A stretch of DNA of 64,000 nucleotides, taken from positions 1,235,314-1,299,313 of the forward strand of contig CBDEUS010000002.1 in the NCBI GenBank assembly GCA_965243395.1, written 5' to 3'. The position numbers were made by a program, and so were the translations under genes. Below, one piece after another: positions 55,915 to 64,000 of this stretch (its first letter is position 1; every line of letters starts with the position of its first letter). Source of the DNA: Gammaproteobacteria bacterium (lineage in GTDB: Bacteria; Pseudomonadota; Gammaproteobacteria; UBA4575). A model generated the notes under the pieces. That model ran no database searches and was not told the DNA's origin. It worked only from the letters and a program-made list of their open reading frames with translations.

Positions 55915-56193
55915 TTTCAACTCCTGTAGTTCCAAGATGTGGTTGTTTTAATTACTTTAAACGCCTGATTTAGAAGAACTCTAAACCTTAGAAAGTATAA
56001 GGTATTTAGATGGCATTTCCAATATTTGATGTTTCTAAATAAACAAAACAGGCTAAGCCACCAAAAAATCACGAACTTGGTCACAATTCTGGTAATTAAG
56101 TCGCTCTTTTCACTAAATTTTTAAGTGTATTGGCCGAATTCTTAATGCGGATAAGTACGTATTTAGAACATTAAATAACAAGGAAGTTATGCC

Positions 56194-59100
56194 ATGGCGG
56201 TATTTGACAAGTTGAAGCAATGGGTCGAAAAGACGCTTGAGAAGACCCAGCCTAACGATGAAAAAGTATTAGACGAACAATATCAAGAACAACTTGATGT
56301 TGAGACCCCTCGTGAAGAATTGTTTAAGCAAAATATTCTTATGGGGGATACTGCTCGATCTGAAATCGTTGGTGACGACTCTCAATCTGAGCAAATCAAT
56401 GTTGGTCCTGATGAGTCAATCGCTGAAAGAAGTTTCGAACAAAATTCAGATGTACCCGCTGAACGAAATAACAATGAAATTAATATTCCTGCCTTCTTAA
56501 AATCAGATAATGATTCTGATGTAGTCGGTGATCTAAATATAACGAATCCTGTAACAGAACCAGTTGTAAATGAAACTACATCTTCAGTTAATAACCTAGA
56601 TGCCACTCAATTTAATCCTGCCCCTGTTCCGGATGATTTTGTAAGTTCATCAAGTGCATCTATATCCAATGACAATAACGATGACTTAATTCCAGATCCA
56701 AACCCTGATCCCGATCCTAATTCAGGCGTTAGTCCAATTGTAGACACAGACGCAGCCGATAATTCCGCTTTTGAAAGTGCTTCAGTAGGCACAACAATTG
56801 GTCTTACTGCTTTTGCATTTGATTCTGATATTGGTGATGACGTTACTTACAGTTTAAGTAACAACCCTGGGAATGCGTTTGCGATTGATGCGACCACGGG
56901 TGAAGTGACGGTGAACGATCCCTCGGCGTTAGACTTTGAAACCAATCCGACCATGAGCATCGAAGTGACGGCGACGTCGGATGACGGTTCGAGTTCGTCT
57001 GCGACGTTCAACATCAGCATCAGTGATGATGCGGACGAGTACGACATCAGTGCGGTGAGCGACAGTGATGCGGCGAGCAACACGGTGAACGAAAGTGCGA
57101 ATGTCGGTGACAGTGTGGGCGTGACCGCGTTTGCGGAAGATTTAGATATTGGTGATGACGTTACTTACAGTTTAAGTAACAACCCTGGGAATGCGTTTGC
57201 GATTGATGCGACCACGGGTGAAGTGACGGTGAACGATCCCTCGGCGTTAGACTTTGAAACCAATCCGACCATGAGCATCGAAGTGACGGCGACGTCGGAT
57301 GACGGTTCGAGTTCGTCTGCGACGTTCAACATCAGCATCAGTGATGATGCGGACGAGTACGACATCAGTGCGGTGAGCGACAGTGATGCGGCGAGCAACA
57401 CGGTGAACGAAAGTGCGAATGTCGGTGACAGTGTGGGCGTGACCGCGTTTGCGGAAGATTTAGATATTGGTGATGACGTTACTTACAGTTTAAGTAACAA
57501 CCCTGGGAATGCGTTTGCGATTGATGCGACCACGGGTGAAGTGACGGTGAACGATCCCTCGGCGTTAGACTTTGAAACCAATCCGACCATGAGCATCGAA
57601 GTGACGGCGACGTCGGATGACGGTTCGAGTTCGTCTGCGACGTTCAACATCAGCATCAGTGATGATGCGGACGAGTACGACATCAGTGCGGTGAGCGACA
57701 GTGATGCGGCGAGCAACACGGTGAACGAAAGTGCGAATGTCGGTGACAGTGTGGGCGTGACCGCGTTTGCGGAAGATTTAGATATTGGTGATGACGTTAC
57801 TTACAGTTTAAGTAACAACCCTGGGAATGCGTTTGCGATTGATGCGACCACGGGTGAAGTGACGGTGAACGATCCCTCGGCGTTAGACTTTGAAACCAAT
57901 CCGACCATGAGCATCGAAGTGACGGCGACGTCGGATGACGGTTCGAGTTCGTCTGCGACGTTCAACATCAGCATCAGTGATGATGCGGACGAGTACGACA
58001 TCAGTGCGGTGAGCGACAGTGATGCGGCGAGCAACACGGTGAACGAAAGTGCGAATGTCGGTGACAGTGTGGGCGTGACCGCGTTTGCGGAAGATTTAGA
58101 TATTGGTGATGACGTTACTTACAGTTTAAGTAACAACCCTGGGAATGCGTTTGCGATTGATGCGACCACGGGTGAAGTGACGGTGAACGATCCCTCGGCG
58201 TTAGACTTTGAAACCAATCCGACCATGAGCATCGAAGTGACGGCGACGTCGGATGACGGTTCGAGTTCGTCTGCGACGTTCAACATCAGCATCAGTGATG
58301 ATGCGGACGAGTACGACATCAGTGCGGTGAGCGACAGTGATGCGGCGAGCAACACGGTGAACGAAAGTGCGAATGTCGGTGACAGTGTGGGCGTGACCGC
58401 GTTTGCGGAAGATTTAGATATTGGTGATGACGTTACTTACAGTTTAAGTAACAACCCTGGGAATGCGTTTGCGATTGATGCGACCACGGGTGAAGTGACG
58501 GTGAACGATCCCTCGGCGTTAGACTTTGAAACCAATCCGACCATGAGCATCGAAGTGACGGCGACGTCGGATGACGGTTCGAGTTCGTCTGCGACGTTCA
58601 ACATCAGCATCAGTGATGATGCGGACGAGTACGACATCAGTGCGGTGAGCGACAGTGATGCGGCGAGCAACACGGTGAACGAAAGTGCGAATGTCGGTGA
58701 CAGTGTGGGCGTGACCGCGTTTGCGGAAGATTTAGATATTGGTGATGACGTTACTTACAGTTTAAGTAACAACCCTGGGAATGCGTTTGCGATTGATGCG
58801 ACCACGGGTGAAGTGACGGTGAACGATCCCTCGGCGTTAGACTTTGAAACCAATCCGACCATGAGCATCGAAGTGACGGCGACGTCGGATGACGGTTCGA
58901 GTTCGTCTGCGACGTTCAACATCAGCATCAGTGATGATGCGGACGAGTACGACATCAGTGCGGTGAGCGACAGTGATGCGGCGAGCAACACGGTGAACGA
59001 AAGTGCGAATGTCGGTGACAGTGTGGGCGTGACCGCGTTTGCGGAAGATTTAGATATTGGTGATGACGTTACTTACAGTTTAAGTAACAACCCTGGGAAT

Positions 59101-62100
59101 GCGTTTGCGATTGATGCGACCACGGGTGAAGTGACGGTGAACGATCCCTCGGCGTTAGACTTTGAAACCAATCCGACCATGAGCATCGAAGTGACGGCGA
59201 CGTCGGATGACGGTTCGAGTTCGTCTGCGACGTTCAACATCAGCATCAGTGATGATGCGGACGAGTACGACATCAGTGCGGTGAGCGACAGTGATGCGGC
59301 GAGCAACACGGTGAACGAAAGTGCGAATGTCGGTGACAGTGTGGGCGTGACCGCGTTTGCGGAAGATTTAGATATTGGTGATGACGTTACTTACAGTTTA
59401 AGTAACAACCCTGGGAATGCGTTTGCGATTGATGCGACCACGGGTGAAGTGACGGTGAACGATCCCTCGGCGTTAGACTTTGAAACCAATCCGACCATGA
59501 GCATCGAAGTGACGGCGACGTCGGATGACGGTTCGAGTTCGTCTGCGACGTTCAACATCAGCATCAGTGATGATGCGGACGAGTACGACATCAGTGCGGT
59601 GAGCGACAGTGATGCGGCGAGCAACACGGTGAACGAAAGTGCGAATGTCGGTGACAGTGTGGGCGTGACCGCGTTTGCGGAAGATTTAGATATTGGTGAT
59701 GACGTTACTTACAGTTTAAGTAACAACCCTGGGAATGCGTTTGCGATTGATGCGACCACGGGTGAAGTGACGGTGAACGATCCCTCGGCGTTAGACTTTG
59801 AAACCAATCCGACCATGAGCATCGAAGTGACGGCGACGTCGGATGACGGTTCGAGTTCGTCTGCGACGTTCAACATCAGCATCAGTGATGATGCGGACGA
59901 GTACGACATCAGTGCGGTGAGCGACAGTGATGCGGCGAGCAACACGGTGAACGAAAGTGCGAATGTCGGTGACAGTGTGGGCGTGACCGCGTTTGCGGAA
60001 GATTTAGATATTGGTGATGACGTTACTTACAGTTTAAGTAACAACCCTGGGAATGCGTTTGCGATTGATGCGACCACGGGTGAAGTGACGGTGAACGATC
60101 CCTCGGCGTTAGACTTTGAAACCAATCCGACCATGAGCATCGAAGTGACGGCGACGTCGGATGACGGTTCGAGTTCGTCTGCGACGTTCAACATCAGCAT
60201 CAGTGATGATGCGGACGAGTACGACATCAGTGCGGTGAGCGACAGTGATGCGGCGAGCAACACGGTGAACGAAAGTGCGAATGTCGGTGACAGTGTGGGC
60301 GTGACCGCGTTTGCGGAAGATTTAGATATTGGTGATGACGTTACTTACAGTTTAAGTAACAACCCTGGGAATGCGTTTGCGATTGATGCGACCACGGGTG
60401 AAGTGACGGTGAACGATCCCTCGGCGTTAGACTTTGAAACCAATCCGACCATGAGCATCGAAGTGACGGCGACGTCGGATGACGGTTCGAGTTCGTCTGC
60501 GACGTTCAACATCAGCATCAGTGATGATGCGGACGAGTACGACATCAGTGCGGTGAGCGACAGTGATGCGGCGAGCAACACGGTGAACGAAAGTGCGAAT
60601 GTCGGTGACAGTGTGGGCGTGACCGCGTTTGCGGAAGATTTAGATATTGGTGATGACGTTACTTACAGTTTAAGTAACAACCCTGGGAATGCGTTTGCGA
60701 TTGATGCGACCACGGGTGAAGTGACGGTGAACGATCCCTCGGCGTTAGACTTTGAAACCAATCCGACCATGAGCATCGAAGTGACGGCGACGTCGGATGA
60801 CGGTTCGAGTTCGTCTGCGACGTTCAACATCAGCATCAGTGATGATGCGGACGAGTACGACATCAGTGCGGTGAGCGACAGTGATGCGGCGAGCAACACG
60901 GTGAACGAAAGTGCGAATGTCGGTGACAGTGTGGGCGTGACCGCGTTTGCGGAAGATTTAGATATTGGTGATGACGTTACTTACAGTTTAAGTAACAACC
61001 CTGGGAATGCGTTTGCGATTGATGCGACCACGGGTGAAGTGACGGTGAACGATCCCTCGGCGTTAGACTTTGAAACCAATCCGACCATGAGCATCGAAGT
61101 GACGGCGACGTCGGATGACGGTTCGAGTTCGTCTGCGACGTTCAACATCAGCATCAGTGATGATGCGGACGAGTACGACATCAGTGCGGTGAGCGACAGT
61201 GATGCGGCGAGCAACACGGTGAACGAAAGTGCGAATGTCGGTGACAGTGTGGGCGTGACCGCGTTTGCGGAAGATTTAGATATTGGTGATGACGTTACTT
61301 ACAGTTTAAGTAACAACCCTGGGAATGCGTTTGCGATTGATGCGACCACGGGTGAAGTGACGGTGAACGATCCCTCGGCGTTAGACTTTGAAACCAATCC
61401 GACCATGAGCATCGAAGTGACGGCGACGTCGGATGACGGTTCGAGTTCGTCTGCGACGTTCAACATCAGCATCAGTGATGATGCGGACGAGTACGACATC
61501 AGTGCGGTGAGCGACAGTGATGCGGCGAGCAACACGGTGAACGAAAGTGCGAATGTCGGTGACAGTGTGGGCGTGACCGCGTTTGCGGAAGATTTAGATA
61601 TTGGTGATGACGTTACTTACAGTTTAAGTAACAACCCTGGGAATGCGTTTGCGATTGATGCGACCACGGGTGAAGTGACGGTGAACGATCCCTCGGCGTT
61701 AGACTTTGAAACCAATCCGACCATGAGCATCGAAGTGACGGCGACGTCGGATGACGGTTCGAGTTCGTCTGCGACGTTCAACATCAGCATCAGTGATGAT
61801 GCGGACGAGTACGACATCAGTGCGGTGAGCGACAGTGATGCGGCGAGCAACACGGTGAACGAAAGTGCGAATGTCGGTGACAGTGTGGGCGTGACCGCGT
61901 TTGCGGAAGATTTAGATATTGGTGATGACGTTACTTACAGTTTAAGTAACAACCCTGGGAATGCGTTTGCGATTGATGCGACCACGGGTGAAGTGACGGT
62001 GAACGATCCCTCGGCGTTAGACTTTGAAACCAATCCGACCATGAGCATCGAAGTGACGGCGACGTCGGATGACGGTTCGAGTTCGTCTGCGACGTTCAAC

Positions 62101-64000
62101 ATCAGCATCAGTGATGATGCGGACGAGTACGACATCAGTGCGGTGAGCGACAGTGATGCGGCGAGCAACACGGTGAACGAAAGTGCGAATGTCGGTGACA
62201 GTGTGGGCGTGACCGCGTTTGCGGAAGATTTAGATATTGGTGATGACGTTACTTACAGTTTAAGTAACAACCCTGGGAATGCGTTTGCGATTGATGCGAC
62301 CACGGGTGAAGTGACGGTGAACGATCCCTCGGCGTTAGACTTTGAAACCAATCCGACCATGAGCATCGAAGTGACGGCGACGTCGGATGACGGTTCGAGT
62401 TCGTCTGCGACGTTCAACATCAGCATCAGTGATGATGCGGACGAGTACGACATCAGTGCGGTGAGCGACAGTGATGCGGCGAGCAACACGGTGAACGAAA
62501 GTGCGAATGTCGGTGACAGTGTGGGCGTGACCGCGTTTGCGGAAGATTTAGATATTGGTGATGACGTTACTTACAGTTTAAGTAACAACCCTGGGAATGC
62601 GTTTGCGATTGATGCGACCACGGGTGAAGTGACGGTGAACGATCCCTCGGCGTTAGACTTTGAAACCAATCCGACCATGAGCATCGAAGTGACGGCGACG
62701 TCGGATGACGGTTCGAGTTCGTCTGCGACGTTCAACATCAGCATCAGTGATGATGCGGACGAGTACGACATCAGTGCGGTGAGCGACAGTGATGCGGCGA
62801 GCAACACGGTGAACGAAAGTGCGAATGTCGGTGACAGTGTGGGCGTGACCGCGTTTGCGGAAGATTTAGATATTGGTGATGACGTTACTTACAGTTTAAG
62901 TAACAACCCTGGGAATGCGTTTGCGATTGATGCGACCACGGGTGAAGTGACGGTGAACGATCCCTCGGCGTTAGACTTTGAAACCAATCCGACCATGAGC
63001 ATCGAAGTGACGGCGACGTCGGATGACGGTTCGAGTTCGTCTGCGACGTTCAACATCAGCATCAGTGATGATGCGGACGAGTACGACATCAGTGCGGTGA
63101 GCGACAGTGATGCGGCGAGCAACACGGTGAACGAAAGTGCGAATGTCGGTGACAGTGTGGGCGTGACCGCGTTTGCGGAAGATTTAGATATTGGTGATGA
63201 CGTTACTTACAGTTTAAGTAACAACCCTGGGAATGCGTTTGCGATTGATGCGACCACGGGTGAAGTGACGGTGAACGATCCCTCGGCGTTAGACTTTGAA
63301 ACCAATCCGACCATGAGCATCGAAGTGACGGCGACGTCGGATGACGGTTCGAGTTCGTCTGCGACGTTCAACATCAGCATCAGTGATGATGCGGACGAGT
63401 ACGACATCAGTGCGGTGAGCGACAGTGATGCGGCGAGCAACACGGTGAACGAAAGTGCGAATGTCGGTGACAGTGTGGGCGTGACCGCGTTTGCGGAAGA
63501 TTTAGATATTGGTGATGACGTTACTTACAGTTTAAGTAACAACCCTGGGAATGCGTTTGCGATTGATGCGACCACGGGTGAAGTGACGGTGAACGATCCC
63601 TCGGCGTTAGACTTTGAAACCAATCCGACCATGAGCATCGAAGTGACGGCGACGTCGGATGACGGTTCGAGTTCGTCTGCGACGTTCAACATCAGCATCA
63701 GTGATGATGCGGACGAGTACGACATCAGTGCGGTGAGCGACAGTGATGCGGCGAGCAACACGGTGAACGAAAGTGCGAATGTCGGTGACAGTGTGGGCGT
63801 GACCGCGTTTGCGGAAGATTTAGATATTGGTGATGACGTTACTTACAGTTTAAGTAACAACCCTGGGAATGCGTTTGCGATTGATGCGACCACGGGTGAA
63901 GTGACGGTGAACGATCCCTCGGCGTTAGACTTTGAAACCAATCCGACCATGAGCATCGAAGTGACGGCGACGTCGGATGACGGTTCGAGTTCGTCTGCGA
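56194..64000 (+). CDS. Giant cadherin-like repeat protein (putative Ca2+-binding adhesin/surface protein), 3'-truncated by the window end
   Basis: ATG 56194 with AAGGAAG upstream; no stop to 64000 (at least 2602 codons). 106-aa repeat with cadherin motifs V.E.A.VG, AxDxD (AEDLD), VTYSL, FAID..TG.VTV, LDFE, V.ATSDDG, I.DD.DE. Confidence 0.88.
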   Translation, partial: MAVFDKLKQWVEKTLEKTQPNDEKVLDEQYQEQLDVETPREELFKQNILMGDTARSEIVGDDSQSEQINVGPDESIAERSFEQNSDVPAERNNNEINIPAFLKSDNDSDVVGDLNITNPVTEPVVNETTSSVNNLDATQFNPAPVPDDFVSSSSASISNDNNDDLIPDPNPDPDPNSGVSPIVDTDAADNSAFESASVGTTIGLTAFAFDSDIGDDVTYSLSNNPGNAFAIDATTGEVTVNDPSALDFETNPTMSIEVTATSDDGSSSSATFNISISDDADEYDISAVSDSDAASNTVNESANVGDSVGVTAFAEDLDIGDDVTYSLSNNPGNAFAIDATTGEVTVNDPSALDFETNPTMSIEVTATSDDGSSSSATFNISISDDADEYDISAVSDSDAASNTVNESANVGDSVGVTAFAEDLDIGDDVTYSLSNNPGNAFAIDATTGEVTVNDPSALDFETNPTMSIEVTATSDDGSSSSATFNISISDDADEYDISAVSDSDAASNTVNESANVGDSVGVTAFAEDLDIGDDVTYSLSNNPGNAFAIDATTGEVTVNDPSALDFETNPTMSIEVTATSDDGSSSSATFNISISDDADEYDISAVSDSDAASNTVNESANVGDSVGVTAFAEDLDIGDDVTYSLSNNPGNAFAIDATTGEVTVNDPSALDFETNPTMSIEVTATSDDGSSSSATFNISISDDADEYDISAVSDSDAASNTVNESANVGDSVGVTAFAEDLDIGDDVTYSLSNNPGNAFAIDATTGEVTVNDPSALDFETNPTMSIEVTATSDDGSSSSATFNISISDDADEYDISAVSDSDAASNTVNESANVGDSVGVTAFAEDLDIGDDVTYSLSNNPGNAFAIDATTGEVTVNDPSALDFETNPTMSIEVTATSDDGSSSSATFNISISDDADEYDISAVSDSDAASNTVNESANVGDSVGVTAFAEDLDIGDDVTYSLSNNPGNAFAIDATTGEVTVNDPSALDFETNPTMSIEVTATSDDGSSSSATFNISISDDADEYDISAVSDSDAASNTVNESANVGDSVGVTAFAEDLDIGDDVTYSLSNNPGNAFAIDATTGEVTVNDPSALDFETNPTMSIEVTATSDDGSSSSATFNISISDDADEYDISAVSDSDAASNTVNESANVGDSVGVTAFAEDLDIGDDVTYSLSNNPGNAFAIDATTGEVTVNDPSALDFETNPTMSIEVTATSDDGSSSSATFNISISDDADEYDISAVSDSDAASNTVNESANVGDSVGVTAFAEDLDIGDDVTYSLSNNPGNAFAIDATTGEVTVNDPSALDFETNPTMSIEVTATSDDGSSSSATFNISISDDADEYDISAVSDSDAASNTVNESANVGDSVGVTAFAEDLDIGDDVTYSLSNNPGNAFAIDATTGEVTVNDPSALDFETNPTMSIEVTATSDDGSSSSATFNISISDDADEYDISAVSDSDAASNTVNESANVGDSVGVTAFAEDLDIGDDVTYSLSNNPGNAFAIDATTGEVTVNDPSALDFETNPTMSIEVTATSDDGSSSSATFNISISDDADEYDISAVSDSDAASNTVNESANVGDSVGVTAFAEDLDIGDDVTYSLSNNPGNAFAIDATTGEVTVNDPSALDFETNPTMSIEVTATSDDGSSSSATFNISISDDADEYDISAVSDSDAASNTVNESANVGDSVGVTAFAEDLDIGDDVTYSLSNNPGNAFAIDATTGEVTVNDPSALDFETNPTMSIEVTATSDDGSSSSATFNISISDDADEYDISAVSDSDAASNTVNESANVGDSVGVTAFAEDLDIGDDVTYSLSNNPGNAFAIDATTGEVTVNDPSALDFETNPTMSIEVTATSDDGSSSSATFNISISDDADEYDISAVSDSDAASNTVNESANVGDSVGVTAFAEDLDIGDDVTYSLSNNPGNAFAIDATTGEVTVNDPSALDFETNPTMSIEVTATSDDGSSSSATFNISISDDADEYDISAVSDSDAASNTVNESANVGDSVGVTAFAEDLDIGDDVTYSLSNNPGNAFAIDATTGEVTVNDPSALDFETNPTMSIEVTATSDDGSSSSATFNISISDDADEYDISAVSDSDAASNTVNESANVGDSVGVTAFAEDLDIGDDVTYSLSNNPGNAFAIDATTGEVTVNDPSALDFETNPTMSIEVTATSDDGSSSSATFNISISDDADEYDISAVSDSDAASNTVNESANVGDSVGVTAFAEDLDIGDDVTYSLSNNPGNAFAIDATTGEVTVNDPSALDFETNPTMSIEVTATSDDGSSSSATFNISISDDADEYDISAVSDSDAASNTVNESANVGDSVGVTAFAEDLDIGDDVTYSLSNNPGNAFAIDATTGEVTVNDPSALDFETNPTMSIEVTATSDDGSSSSATFNISISDDADEYDISAVSDSDAASNTVNESANVGDSVGVTAFAEDLDIGDDVTYSLSNNPGNAFAIDATTGEVTVNDPSALDFETNPTMSIEVTATSDDGSSSSATFNISISDDADEYDISAVSDSDAASNTVNESANVGDSVGVTAFAEDLDIGDDVTYSLSNNPGNAFAIDATTGEVTVNDPSALDFETNPTMSIEVTATSDDGSSSSA
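56827..64000 (+). repeat. Tandem array of 318-bp units: 22 complete copies (56827-63822) plus a partial 23rd
   Basis: GATATTGGTGATGAC recurs at 56827, 57145 ... 63823 (period 318); the 22 antisense ORF translations are identical and no nucleotide difference was found by eye. Confidence 0.97.

Noticed and set aside
56068-56087. CRP-like site upstream of the giant ORF
   Set aside because: Only one half-site (TCACA) matches TGTGA-N6-TCACA.
52735-56193. Integrative element or prophage at tRNA-Lys
   Set aside because: No integrase, transposase, phage gene or duplicated tRNA 3' end is visible in the window; kept only as an accessory-block finding.
56294-56792. Short ORFs 56294-56500 (+), 56382-56606 (-), 56607-56792 (-)
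   Set aside because: Alternative-frame or antisense overlaps of the giant ORF leader.
56847-63761. 22 identical 78-aa minus-strand ORFs (MLLAASLSLTALMSYS...)
   Set aside because: Antisense shadows of the + strand cadherin repeat; they recur only because the DNA repeats, and the + frame carries the recognisable motifs.
56827-64000. CRISPR array or non-coding satellite
   Set aside because: The unit is 318 bp (multiple of 3), has no unique spacers and is stop-free protein-coding sequence; no cas genes.

Overview
AT-rich (roughly mid-30s % GC by eye) gammaproteobacterial chromosome segment. 1-5.9 kb: end of a surface-glycan cluster (MurJ-like flippase tail, GT4, PglC/PglD/PglE/PglF-like diNAcBac-type pathway). 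6-52.7 kb: mostly conserved housekeeping runs: miaB-phoH-ybeY-corC-lnt, manC, leuS-lptE, [garR-like and DUF1631 inserted on the opposite strand], holA-proA-nadD-rsfS-rlmH-maf-rng-yhdP-nit-tldD-pmbA, DUF3108-purN-purM, CDP-alcohol phosphatidyltransferase-hda, wrbA-arsC, acyP-fmdB-aspS, PilW-like TPR, nudB-hydrolase-yebC-ruvCAB-ybgC-tolQRAB-pal-cpoB-queE-queC, tRNA-Lys(TTT). tolQ has a 1-bp frameshift in a G run. After the tRNA is an accessory block: a 91-aa orphan, a GAF-MarR fusion regulator, an exported ankyrin + peptidoglycan-binding protein, a 40-aa single-TM ORF missing from the ORF track (own RBS and terminator), and, divergent from it, a giant ORF also missing from the track (56194 to beyond the window end, at least 2602 aa). 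That ORF has an unusual ~180-aa leader and about 22.5 apparently identical 318-bp cadherin-like repeats that are much more GC-rich than the host and encode no K/R/H. All family assignments come from motif recognition by eye; no database searches were run.
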